From a virus (lineage: Duplodnaviria; Caudoviricetes): a DNA stretch of 42,501 nucleotides. The stretch covers positions 1 through 42,501 of the IMG/VR virus record IMGVR_UViG_3300036798_000555; one strand, given 5' to 3'. Made by a program: the position numbers and the translations under genes. Positions 1-8,351 of the stretch are shown one piece after another; within the stretch, counting starts at the first letter, position 1; each line of letters starts with the position of its first letter. The notes beneath the pieces were generated by a model. That model was not told the DNA's origin. It was given only the letters and a program-made list of their open reading frames with translations, and did no database searches.

Positions 1-135
1 AAGAAACCGCGCCGCTTGTCAAGACCCTAGTCGCTGTCTCCGCTGTGGGGACGGTTGGTGACGCCTATGCGCGCTGAGGTTGTGTCGCTCCGTTGTGCGG
101 CAGAGTGCCGCAATGCGTCGCAACGTATTACATCG

Positions 136-151
136 TGTTTCACGTGAAACA
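136..151. promoter_or_regulatory. parS: perfect parS-consensus palindrome TGTTTCACGTGAAACA
   Basis: 16-bp perfect palindrome identical to the widely conserved chromosomal parS consensus; its last base overlaps the AGGAG RBS of the next ORF. Confidence 0.8.
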
Positions 152-162
152 GGAGCAAACAA

Positions 163-324
163 ATGCTCGCGCAGATCCTGTTGGTGTTCGCCTTCGTGTT
201 CGCGGTGATCGCCGCGCTGTTCGTCACCACGGTGTCGCGGCCGCCGATCGCCATTCACTTCGGCTGGCTGGCGGTGGCGTTCTGGATCTTGGCGGTGCTG
301 CTCGGCGGCTTCGGCGTGCGGTGA
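163..324 (+). CDS. small two-TM membrane protein (53 aa, MLAQILLVFAFVFAVIAALFV...), not in ORF track
   Basis: AGGAG RBS at 151-155, ATG 163, TGA 322-324, two hydrophobic segments. Confidence 0.75.
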   Translation: MLAQILLVFAFVFAVIAALFVTTVSRPPIAIHFGWLAVAFWILAVLLGGFGVR

Positions 325-380
325 CCGGGGTTTTATCTGCTAATGTGCCTGTGGACTGATGACGCAGACCCGGGCAAAAG

Positions 381-572
381 ATGCGTGGTGATGGTGTGGA
401 CGTGGCAATCCGTTACCTGGAATGGCTGTCAAAGGGGCCGTTCGATCTGTGTGCGCCCCCTCAGCCTCCGGTCGAAAGGCTGTTAACCGCCGAGGAACGC
501 ATGCTCGTCCAGATCGAGGATTTGATCCGGCAAGTCCTGAACGAGAAAAAACCGCGGCCCGCGAGTCAATAG
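381..572 (+). CDS. hypothetical protein
   Basis: ORF with plausible composition; converges on the minus-strand operon. Confidence 0.4.
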   Translation: MRGDGVDVAIRYLEWLSKGPFDLCAPPQPPVERLLTAEERMLVQIEDLIRQVLNEKKPRPASQ

Positions 573-790
573 CGGATCATCAGCAGCACGCCCGCCAGGA
601 AGCTAAGCTGGGTGGCCGTGATCAGCACGACGCTGAACAGCAGCACCGTCCAAACGCTGGCCTTGATCGTGCTCAGGCTGTAGCCGGCCGCGCAGCAGAA
701 CACGATTGTCACCAGCAACAAGGAGTAGACCACGACGCGTCGCCTCCAGACCGGCCCCGCCCGCGCCGGACTCACCTCGGTGTTCGCCAC
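566..790 (-). CDS. two-TM membrane protein (ExoX/SyrA-like pattern, or holin)
   Basis: AGGAG upstream of GTG 790; two TM helices; SVW...Q.SF.AGVLL pattern. Confidence 0.55.
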   Translation of the reverse strand: MANTEVSPARAGPVWRRRVVVYSLLLVTIVFCCAAGYSLSTIKASVWTVLLFSVVLITATQLSFLAGVLLMIRY

Positions 791-850
791 GCCCCTTCTC
801 CTCTGCTGCTGTCGCGGAATTACGACCAAACGGTCGTCAGTAGAAGACGT

Positions 851-1213
851 TCATTTGCCGCCGTTGTGTTTGATCGTGTCATCGACCTTGCGATTGATCT
901 TGTCCTCGCAATCGCGCAGGTCGGCTTTGATCTCGTCCAGCTTACCGCGCAGCGTGCGCTGCACCTCGCGCATCTCGCTCTCGGGCACCATGTTGGTGCG
1001 AATGTCGCGCTGGGCGTCGCGCAGGTCGCGCTGATTGTTGATCATCAGCTCGAACTCGTGCTTGCGCGTCGCCACTGAAACGTTGATGGCGTAGTACAGG
1101 ATCGCCAGCAGGGCGAGGTTCATCACCACCAGCGCCAGTGACAGCGGCTGGCTCTTGAGCGCATCGACGATGCCGCTGGCAACCCGGCCGCCTTCCTGCA
1201 GCGTCATCATCAT
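851..1213 (-). CDS. membrane-anchored coiled-coil protein (holin/lysis-type candidate)
   Basis: single TM (LSLALVVMNLALLAILYYAI) followed by a charged coiled coil; ATGA overlap with the upstream ORF. Confidence 0.6.
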   Translation of the reverse strand: MMMTLQEGGRVASGIVDALKSQPLSLALVVMNLALLAILYYAINVSVATRKHEFELMINNQRDLRDAQRDIRTNMVPESEMREVQRTLRGKLDEIKADLRDCEDKINRKVDDTIKHNGGK

Positions 1214-1329
1214 GGCGATGACGGCGACGGCCAAATCCAGTTGGTGGCGATCACCAACAGCACGGCAACAACGATGACCAGGATGACGATCAGCGCCAGC
1301 TTGGCGTTGTAGGGGTCGAGCCGTCGCAC
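1210..1329 (-). CDS. small single-TM protein (39 aa, MRRLDPYNAKLALIVILVIVVAVLLVIATNWIWPSPSSP)
   Basis: AAGGA RBS, GTG start, ATGA coupling to the next gene. Confidence 0.55.
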   Translation of the reverse strand: MRRLDPYNAKLALIVILVIVVAVLLVIATNWIWPSPSSP

Positions 1330-1378
1330 CAGTTGTCCTTGTCCCGCAGGCACTTCTGCATTGTTTGTTTGTTGTTTG

Positions 1379-2401
1379 TTACGGCATTAGCCAAACCTGT
1401 AACGCCGGTACCGAGCTGCTGATTGGATACCATAAGGACGAGCCGCCGGTGAGGAAAGACCAGACGCGCATGAAGTCGGTGGTGCCGTTCATTTTTATAA
1501 AACCTTCAGATTGCAGATAGATGCCAGCCGTGTTGGGAACACCGAAGTAAACGCCGACGCCGACATAGTTCTGCGCGTTTACGTTAAAGGTGCCACTGTC
1601 GTTCTTGAGGATGGCGTTGCCGCCACCGGTGGTGCCCGAGCCACCGTAATATTGACCGCTGGCCGCATAGTAGACGCCGGCCTTGTTCGGCGTGTATTTT
1701 CCGGTCACCGCATCCCAACCCGCAAGGGTATCGATGGTCGGTGTCCCGGGGAAATTCACCGGCCCCCATGCAGCGCCGATGGTGAACGACGTGGGCACCA
1801 TGAACGCGAATACTTCCGTCGTCGTCGGTACCGGACCGACGGTGGCACCAGGGCCGACCAAATTCCAAGTCGAACCACTCCAAATCCGCAGTTGGGTACC
1901 GTCGAACCACAGGTCGCCGGGATTAGGCGATGGCGGCGCGGTGGCCTGGATCGTGGTCTTGGTCTGGCTGACCGGCACCCAGGCATTGCCGTCCCAAACA
2001 TATAACGTCGTGCCATTGAACCACTGCTGGCCGGGCTGCGGATTGGCCGGCGCGGTCGTGCTGGGCGGCGTAGTGGCACCGCTCACAGCACCGCCGAACG
2101 GCACCCAGGCGGCACCATCGAACAGAAAGAACGTGGTGCCGTTCCACCACATATGGCCGCGCACCGGATTAGGCGGCGCGACCGCACCGAACGACACCCC
2201 ACCGTTGGCTCCCGGATACCAGGGCGGCTGATTCGTTGGACCACTGAACACCGGCGGACCAAACGGCGGAAAGCCGCTGCCGTCATCGCAATCCGGATCG
2301 CAGACCCAGTTGCTGCCGTCCCAGACCCAATTCCCATCACGCGTGCCGGGCGCAGGCGGCGCGAACATCTGCTGTCCCGGTCGCCGGATCAAATTATTCA
2401 T
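1379..2401 (-). CDS. tail fibre/receptor-binding accessory protein
   Basis: AAGGAGG RBS before ATG 2401; three P.NP.PG..W[FW].GT.....DG..W.P-like repeats; C-terminal C1q-like beta domain (YTPNKAGVY...MNGTTDF). Confidence 0.7.
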   Translation of the reverse strand: MNNLIRRPGQQMFAPPAPGTRDGNWVWDGSNWVCDPDCDDGSGFPPFGPPVFSGPTNQPPWYPGANGGVSFGAVAPPNPVRGHMWWNGTTFFLFDGAAWVPFGGAVSGATTPPSTTAPANPQPGQQWFNGTTLYVWDGNAWVPVSQTKTTIQATAPPSPNPGDLWFDGTQLRIWSGSTWNLVGPGATVGPVPTTTEVFAFMVPTSFTIGAAWGPVNFPGTPTIDTLAGWDAVTGKYTPNKAGVYYAASGQYYGGSGTTGGGNAILKNDSGTFNVNAQNYVGVGVYFGVPNTAGIYLQSEGFIKMNGTTDFMRVWSFLTGGSSLWYPISSSVPALQVWLMP

Positions 2402-2591
2402 GACCAACCTCCTTGCCATCAGCGTTTGTTTGTTTGCTGGTGATCGGTGACCCAGTGCCTTGCACCTGTTGCCGCTGCAACTGCTGGCCGATCTTCATCA
2501 GCATGCCATTGCACTCGGCCCATACTACCTTGGTGCCGATCCAGTTGATCACTACCTGCCACTCGGCATCGCTGAGATCGACCGTGCTCAT
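2394..2591 (-). CDS. small protein in tail-fibre operon (possible chaperone)
   Basis: ATGA coupling at 2588-2591; 65 aa MSTVDLSDAEWQ... Confidence 0.55.
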   Translation of the reverse strand: MSTVDLSDAEWQVVINWIGTKVVWAECNGMLMKIGQQLQRQQVQGTGSPITSKQTNADGKEVGHE

Positions 2592-3226
2592 TTTTGTATC
2601 CCATAGAGGTTGAAGGTGCCGGCAGTGATGTTGCCGGTGCTGAGCATGACGCCCAGGCCGACGACCGCAACACTGGCCGGCAGATAGCGGCAAACGCCGT
2701 AGTTGCGCGACGCATAACTGCCGGTGCTAGGGGCAAAAACGCCCTCACTGAGCATTTGTTTTAAGAAGCCTGTGGCCCACGGCCGCCACAGCCGCAGCGT
2801 GCCGCAATAGGCGTACCCGGCGGCAAAGTAGAGCGAGTCGGTCGTCAAGGCGAAATAGCTTAAGCCGGCGCTGCCAGTTTGCGAAGTCACGCTGTTGGCG
2901 TTCACAACACCAGCACCAAACTGATAGTTCACGCCAGCGTCGAGCGTCGCGCCGTCGGTACTGACACGAGCGCCGACGATGGCCGCAACCGACGCGGTCA
3001 GGTTGATGACCTCCAGCACAAACTCGTCATAGGTGCTGGGGAACAGGCTCGCACCGAGAAAACTCACCGCCGCCACTGCCGCGCTGACAGTTTGGCTGCC
3101 GAGCAACACCCGGTTGCCGGAAGTCGCCGCCGGCGGCTGGGTGAACGGCACCCACTTGACGCCGTCCCATTGCCACTGATTGAAAATCTGGCCGGTGGTT
3201 GGAGTGTTGGGAAAGTCGAGCGCCAT
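2588..3226 (-). CDS. tail fibre/receptor-binding protein
   Basis: TGATG coupling at 3226; MALDFP..P..GQ...W.WDG.KW N-terminus; C-terminal domain paralogous to that of 3226-6348. Confidence 0.75.
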   Translation of the reverse strand: MALDFPNTPTTGQIFNQWQWDGVKWVPFTQPPAATSGNRVLLGSQTVSAAVAAVSFLGASLFPSTYDEFVLEVINLTASVAAIVGARVSTDGATLDAGVNYQFGAGVVNANSVTSQTGSAGLSYFALTTDSLYFAAGYAYCGTLRLWRPWATGFLKQMLSEGVFAPSTGSYASRNYGVCRYLPASVAVVGLGVMLSTGNITAGTFNLYGIQK

Positions 3227-6200
3227 CACTTCACCACACCGAACAATTTGAAAGTGCCGCGGACGATGTTGCCGGAGACCGGTATGAAGCGCACGCCGAG
3301 CGGAGCAACCGCAGTCGCCAGCGCCCAAGAGCCGCCGCCGGTGAGGTGATAATAGCCGACAGAATTGTTGGTGCTGGTTTCAAACGTCACCACAGCGCGG
3401 CCGTTGGCTGCTGACGCCGCGCCGCGATGAATGCGATAGATGGCATACCAATTGTAACCGGCAAGCGCAGGCACGAGCGGCCCGAGAAGGACGCCAGAAC
3501 CAGCACCACCCGCGGAGCTTTGTATGTTGCCGGACGTGATGTGGACGTAGCCGTAGGAGTAATTGGTGCCGGCGTCGAACGTTGAACCGTCGTTCGAAAA
3601 TCGCAAGTAGGCCTGAGCTTCGGCGCTGAGGCTCACCAGAGCGACGTGTAACTCAAGCTCATCATAAGTGCCGTCAAAACCGTTGAAGAAATCAACCGAC
3701 GCCACCGCCGTCGAGATGGTTTGCGTTTGGATCAGAACCTTGTTGCCGGAGCCGACGCTAACCGGCCCCGGCGGCCCGGTCTGCCCGGTCTGCAACAGCG
3801 AGACCACCATGCCGCTGTTGCCGCCATTTGCGGGCGCGGCGTAAAAGCTCGTCGAGGCATTGAAACCCCAAACCGAAATTGTGTCAGTGGTGCCGTTGCA
3901 ATAGATCAGCGCCGAAATTGATCGCCCCAACGTCTGACCACTACCGACACCGGCCGCAGAAGTGATGTCGGTGCGTGACTCAGGATTGGTACCGACGCCG
4001 TTCTTGTAAATCCCGACGCCGAGCCAACTCTGGGTAGTCTGTATCCATAGACCGAGTGCCGCTGTTACGCTGTAAAGACCGGCGACAGTCGGCGTGAACA
4101 ATCCTGTTGCCACGCTGTAGGCGCTCTGCACGTCGGTGGTTTTGGTGTCGAACTTGGCCTGCGACCACCCGCCCGATGTGATGCCAGTTGTCTGATTGGC
4201 CGCCAACGAAACTTCCAGCACGATGGTCGCCGGCACCGGCGCTTGACCCGGACTGGTGGCGGCCCACTGCGTCGAGGTGCCGTCGTTGTAATTGACATAA
4301 AGCTGGCCGCCGTTGGTGTCCCACCAAAGTGCCGAGTTGGCGGTCGCCGCAGCTCCGGTCGGTGCGGTCGCCGCCACGGTCAAGAGCGCGCCAGAAACGC
4401 CGACCACATCGGCGGTAGTCAGGGTCACCGTGCCGGCCCGGCCATTGAAGGTGTTGACGCCACCACCGGCGGCGATCGCCGCCGCCACAAACGCCGTGGT
4501 GGCTAATTGGGTCGAGCTGGTGCCGGGGCCCGCGGTCGGTGCGCTCGGCGTTCCCGTGAAGGTCGGACCGGCGAGCAGCGCACCACCGACCGCCGACAGA
4601 TCGCTGGCCTGAAAGGTGATGGCGCCGGTGCGGCTGTTGAATGACGACACCCCGCCCGGCGCTGCCGCCAGCGCCGTCCGCACGTAAGCCGTGGTGGCGA
4701 CCGTGGTGTCGTTGGAGGTCTGTGCCGCGGTCGGTGCGGTCGGCACACCCGTGAGGCCCGGAGAGGCAAGGGGAGCCCCGCCGGCGCCGGTGATGTCGGC
4801 GAGCGACAGCGTCACCGCCCCGGTTCGGGTGTTGAACGAGGACACCCCGGCAGCGCCGGCAGTGATCGCCGCGGCCACGAATGCCGTGGTGGCGAGCATG
4901 GTGTTGGCGGTGCCCGGACTGGCGGTCGGTGCGGTCGGCGATCCACTGAAAGCCGGGCTCGCCAGCATGGCGCCGCCCACCCCGGAGATATCGTTGGCGA
5001 TCAAGCTGACGGCGCCGGTTCTGGAATTGAACGACGACACGCCGCCCGAGAAGGCAGCAACCGCGGCAGCGACAAACGCCGTGGTGGCGATCTGCGTGGT
5101 GTTGGTGGCCGCCGCCGCCGTGGGCGCAGTCGGCGTGCCGGTCAGCACTGGCGATGCGGTCGGAGCTCCACCAGCGCCAGTGACATCGGCGGTGGTCAGC
5201 ACGATGGCGCCGGTGCGGGTGTTGAAGCTGGTCACCGGCGCAACCGGCAACGCCGCCAGTTCGCCCTGCACATAGGCGGTGGTGGCAATCGACGTGTCGT
5301 TATCGTGCAAGGCCGCAGTCGGCGCTTGCGGATTGCCAGTGAACACCGGGCTCGCCAGCGGCGCACCGCCGGCCCCGGTGACATCGGCCAGCAACAGCAC
5401 GACGGCCCCGGTTCGGGTGTTGAAGCTGGCGACGCCGGTGGTCGAGGCGACGATGGCGTTATGCACGAACGCGGTGGTGGCCAATTGCCCGGACGACGCG
5501 CCGGCCGTCGCGGTCGGTGCGGTCGGCACGCCGGTAAAGTTCGGCGAGGCCAGCGGCGCATAGCCGGCCAGGGCAATGGTGGAGAGAATTTGCCCCTGCA
5601 TGATCTGCACCATGTCGTAGACGGATTCGTCCACGAAGGCGGTGGTGGCGATGCGCGGGGAAGCGTCATAGAGCGGCGGTGTCGGCGCCGTCGGGTAGCT
5701 GCCGTCGTTGGTGGCATAGGCGGCATTGACGTCGGCGGTCGTGAGCACGATGTCGCCGCCGCGGCCGTTGAAGCTCGTCACCACCGAGCCGCCGCACAGC
5801 ACTTGCTCGAGCACCATCTGCACGAAGGCGGTGGTGGCGATCTGGTCGGAATTGGCGCGGAAGTCCCACGGCGTCGGCGAAGTATTAAAGCCGCCGAAAT
5901 GGGCGTCGCTGATCGGTGCGGCACCGGCCTGCAGGATGTCGCTCGTCTGCAGGATGACGTTGCCCTTGCGGCCGTTCACCGTCCAGACGGAGTTTTCCAG
6001 AATGTTGTCGAACAGGCCGGTGACTTCGATCTGGCTGGCCAGCGCCTCGCCGGCGACGAAGATATCGCCGGTCGAATGCAAGCTCGGCACCTGCACGTCG
6101 CCGGTGAAGGTAAAGCCGACGCCGTCGGAGCTTAAGCTCGCCCCGTTCCAGGCGATGCCGAAGCCGGCCATCAGCTTGAGCCAACCGCCATTGGCCAGCG

Positions 6201-6348
6201 CGCTGCCGACAAGATTGGGCGTGTTGATCGAGACGTAAGGGCCGCCGACCCCGACCTGCTGCAGCAGAGCGAAATCGGTCGGCGCCGTCACCGCCATCAG
6301 CGGATTTTGGGCGATCTGTTTGACGGTGAGAACCAGGTCGTCCGACAC
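3226..6348 (-). CDS. long tail fibre protein (1040 aa)
   Basis: about 8 repeats of V.SFN.RTGA..L...D...GGA.LASP..TG.PTAPTA......ATTA[FY]V, then C1q-like and terminal beta domains. Confidence 0.85.
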   Translation of the reverse strand: MSDDLVLTVKQIAQNPLMAVTAPTDFALLQQVGVGGPYVSINTPNLVGSALANGGWLKLMAGFGIAWNGASLSSDGVGFTFTGDVQVPSLHSTGDIFVAGEALASQIEVTGLFDNILENSVWTVNGRKGNVILQTSDILQAGAAPISDAHFGGFNTSPTPWDFRANSDQIATTAFVQMVLEQVLCGGSVVTSFNGRGGDIVLTTADVNAAYATNDGSYPTAPTPPLYDASPRIATTAFVDESVYDMVQIMQGQILSTIALAGYAPLASPNFTGVPTAPTATAGASSGQLATTAFVHNAIVASTTGVASFNTRTGAVVLLLADVTGAGGAPLASPVFTGNPQAPTAALHDNDTSIATTAYVQGELAALPVAPVTSFNTRTGAIVLTTADVTGAGGAPTASPVLTGTPTAPTAAAATNTTQIATTAFVAAAVAAFSGGVSSFNSRTGAVSLIANDISGVGGAMLASPAFSGSPTAPTASPGTANTMLATTAFVAAAITAGAAGVSSFNTRTGAVTLSLADITGAGGAPLASPGLTGVPTAPTAAQTSNDTTVATTAYVRTALAAAPGGVSSFNSRTGAITFQASDLSAVGGALLAGPTFTGTPSAPTAGPGTSSTQLATTAFVAAAIAAGGGVNTFNGRAGTVTLTTADVVGVSGALLTVAATAPTGAAATANSALWWDTNGGQLYVNYNDGTSTQWAATSPGQAPVPATIVLEVSLAANQTTGITSGGWSQAKFDTKTTDVQSAYSVATGLFTPTVAGLYSVTAALGLWIQTTQSWLGVGIYKNGVGTNPESRTDITSAAGVGSGQTLGRSISALIYCNGTTDTISVWGFNASTSFYAAPANGGNSGMVVSLLQTGQTGPPGPVSVGSGNKVLIQTQTISTAVASVDFFNGFDGTYDELELHVALVSLSAEAQAYLRFSNDGSTFDAGTNYSYGYVHITSGNIQSSAGGAGSGVLLGPLVPALAGYNWYAIYRIHRGAASAANGRAVVTFETSTNNSVGYYHLTGGGSWALATAVAPLGVRFIPVSGNIVRGTFKLFGVVK

Positions 6349-6356
6349 GGCTCACC

Positions 6357-7148
6357 TCAACTGATTGGCGTCTGGCTGTCGTTGAGGACTTGTTGATAGT
6401 GGGTGACCAGCGCGGTCTGGGTGCGAATCACCGCGGTCTGATCCTGCATCACCAAGGTCAAGGTCGGCGCATCCTGCGGCGTCGGCCACGCCATCGTCTC
6501 CTCGGGGCCCGGCGGCGCGAAGGCCAGCGGCGCCGCGCTCGCGGTGGTCGGCTGGCTCGTGGTGTAGGTGCCGACGCCGCCCGCGGTGCCGCTCATCTGG
6601 TTGACAATGAGCGTGCCGGTCGGCACGCCCAGGCCGGACACGGTGGCGTTGGCGACGATGGTGCCGGCGACCGCGGTCACCGCCAGCGAGGTGCCGGTGC
6701 CGGTGCCGGTGCCGGTGGCAATGCCGGACGCGACCGACGCCTTGAAGGCCAGCGGCGCGGCGCTTGACGTCGCGGCTTGGCTCAAGGTGTAGGAGCCGGC
6801 CCCGCCGGTAGTGCCGGATTGCTGATTGAGGATGGTGGTGCCGGGCGCAATGCCGGCGCCGATCACCGTGGCACCGACCGCAATGGAGCCACCGGCCACA
6901 TTGGTCACCGCTAGCGTGGTGGCCGGCGTGCCCGAGGCGGTACCGATGCCGGTGACCAGAGCGGTGCCCGCACTGATTTGCGCGGCATTGAGGATGCCCT
7001 GATAGCGGTCGATCAGCAGCGCATTGTCGGCGATGGTTTGGGCTTGGCCCTGGACGATGGCGAGCAGGTCGGGGGCGTCATTGGCATCCGGCCAACTGGC
7101 GAACGGGGTGACGGTCGGGTTGAGCGGCACAACGTTTGACTGCGGCAT
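6357..7148 (-). CDS. virion structural protein with internal duplication
   Basis: Thr/Gly/Ala-rich duplicated beta unit flanked by similar helical segments; lies in the tail operon. Confidence 0.7.
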   Translation of the reverse strand: MPQSNVVPLNPTVTPFASWPDANDAPDLLAIVQGQAQTIADNALLIDRYQGILNAAQISAGTALVTGIGTASGTPATTLAVTNVAGGSIAVGATVIGAGIAPGTTILNQQSGTTGGAGSYTLSQAATSSAAPLAFKASVASGIATGTGTGTGTSLAVTAVAGTIVANATVSGLGVPTGTLIVNQMSGTAGGVGTYTTSQPTTASAAPLAFAPPGPEETMAWPTPQDAPTLTLVMQDQTAVIRTQTALVTHYQQVLNDSQTPIS

Positions 7149-7160
7149 GGACGCGGCCTC

Positions 7161-7457
7161 CTACGACGTCGGCGCGCACAGCACTTTGGCCGAGCGCGGC
7201 CAGATGTTGCCATCGGTGTCGGTGGCGGACCATGTCAGCGTAAAATCGGTGCCGCTGACCGTGGTCGGCGCCGTCACTGTAGCGTACAGCGTGCGCGCCT
7301 GCACGGCGACGCTGCCGGCGGTCAGTCCGGCCGGGGCAATCGCCAGTGTCCCCGAGGCAATGCCGACACCCTTGGGGATGACATAGCTGAAATCCATGCC
7401 GAACACGGATTGCTCGCCGGGCGCGACCTCGGGGGTGTAGCGACGGGACAGCGGCAT
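7161..7457 (-). CDS. small tail-associated beta protein (fibre-adaptor-like)
   Basis: AAAGGT RBS before ATG 7457; FGMDFS...Y....A motif typical of small phage adaptor proteins. Confidence 0.55.
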   Translation of the reverse strand: MPLSRRYTPEVAPGEQSVFGMDFSYVIPKGVGIASGTLAIAPAGLTAGSVAVQARTLYATVTAPTTVSGTDFTLTWSATDTDGNIWPRSAKVLCAPTS

Positions 7458-7485
7458 CGGTTGGTACCTTTGCGGTCGTTGACTT

Positions 7486-7512
7486 TGCCAGAACTGCCAG
7501 AACTGCCAAAAC
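7486..7512. repeat. 9-bp tandem repeat TGCCAGAAC x2 plus TGCCAAAAC
   Basis: read directly; inverted copy at 7633-7641. Confidence 0.85.
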
Positions 7513-7654
7513 TGTGAAGGGCGCAATTACGCACTGAATTGTGCGTACTTCACACCCTAAGCCGTTGCATGGGCTCGGCACCGGGCGGAAAATTCGGTCC
7601 GATTTTTCGCGCCAATCTTCCGCACCCGGAACGTTCTGGCAACATCACCGCCGG

Positions 7655-7696
7655 CGGGGTTTTTGCATTTTATGCCGGGGTTTTTGCATTTTATGC
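7655..7696. repeat. perfect 21-bp tandem duplication CGGGGTTTTTGCATTTTATGC x2
   Basis: read directly; contains TGCAT-N3-ATGC(A) dyads. Confidence 0.9.
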
Positions 7697-7707
7697 AGCT
7701 TGACTTC

Positions 7708-7995
7708 TCACAGCCGACGGGTGTCCGGGGTGCGCTGGGCGTAGAGCAGCCGATGCACCCACACCGTGCCGGCGGTGCCGAGCACCGTGCCGGCGGCATC
7801 CACCACCCCGAGGCTGCGGCTATCGGCGAGCGCGCGGGCGCGGCGGATCAACAGCGGCCCGGTGCCGCCGATCGGCAGCGCCGCGACCAGGCGATGGCGG
7901 CCAAGCGGGCCGGCAAAGCCGACCACATCCACAGCGTCGCTGACCGGACTCCCGGTCGAATCGACAACGATTTCAGGACGCGGCGAGGGGCTCAT
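7708..7995 (-). CDS. hypothetical protein
   Basis: ORF filling the gap; no motif recognised. Confidence 0.35.
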   Translation of the reverse strand: MSPSPRPEIVVDSTGSPVSDAVDVVGFAGPLGRHRLVAALPIGGTGPLLIRRARALADSRSLGVVDAAGTVLGTAGTVWVHRLLYAQRTPDTRRL

Positions 7996-8027
7996 GCAGC
8001 GAGCCTAACACGCGCGCGCAATTCCGT

Positions 8028-8055
8028 TTGACGGTGCGATGACGGGGACTAGGGT
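8028..8055 (+). promoter_or_regulatory. putative sigma70 promoter TTGACG-N16-TAGGGT for the replication genes
   Basis: consensus-like boxes followed by a GGGCCCGC/GCGGGCCC hairpin at 8059-8082. Confidence 0.4.
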
Positions 8056-8126
8056 TGAGGGCCCGCCGGTGAAAGCGGGCCCCCCGATGCTATCCCCAGA
8101 CTTCGGACCATCGAAGGAACAGCGCC

Positions 8127-8351
8127 GTGAATTTAGATGCGGCCCCACCGTCTGACAATCTGCGAAAGTTCATAGCCCGTTGTGAAGCCCGGGCAATTTT
8201 GTGGCAGCTCGGCGACGTTGACCTGTATGACGCGGTCGATGAGCTCGAGCGCCTGAGCCGGCAATTCGGCATCGCCCCCGACACCGCCCAGGCGATCTTG
8301 GCGCGGGTCTTCGCCGCGGCGCGCGACGACCTCGGCGGATGGCGGCCATGA
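8127..8351 (+). CDS. small replication-associated protein (primase C-terminal-like helical domain)
   Basis: F.ARCEARA.LW..G..DL.DAVD.L motif; ATGA-coupled to the helicase. Confidence 0.6.
   Translation: MNLDAAPPSDNLRKFIARCEARAILWQLGDVDLYDAVDELERLSRQFGIAPDTAQAILARVFAAARDDLGGWRP

Noticed and set aside
96-112. 7-bp stem/GAG-loop hairpin (similar to 12991-13007) as an N4-type virion RNAP promoter
   Set aside because: No virion RNA polymerase is encoded, the stems differ in sequence, and two instances are not enough
1362-1380. (TTTG)n-like run, with another at about 2424-2436
   Set aside because: Short low-complexity tracts; no supportable function
2588-3760. Diversity-generating retroelement TR/VR pair
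   Set aside because: Similarity is at the protein level and diverged at all bases, not adenine-specific; no reverse transcriptase in the window
7458-7526. FWQFWQFWQ N-terminal extension in the ORF track
   Set aside because: A better RBS and ATG exist at 7457; the repeat is more likely non-coding
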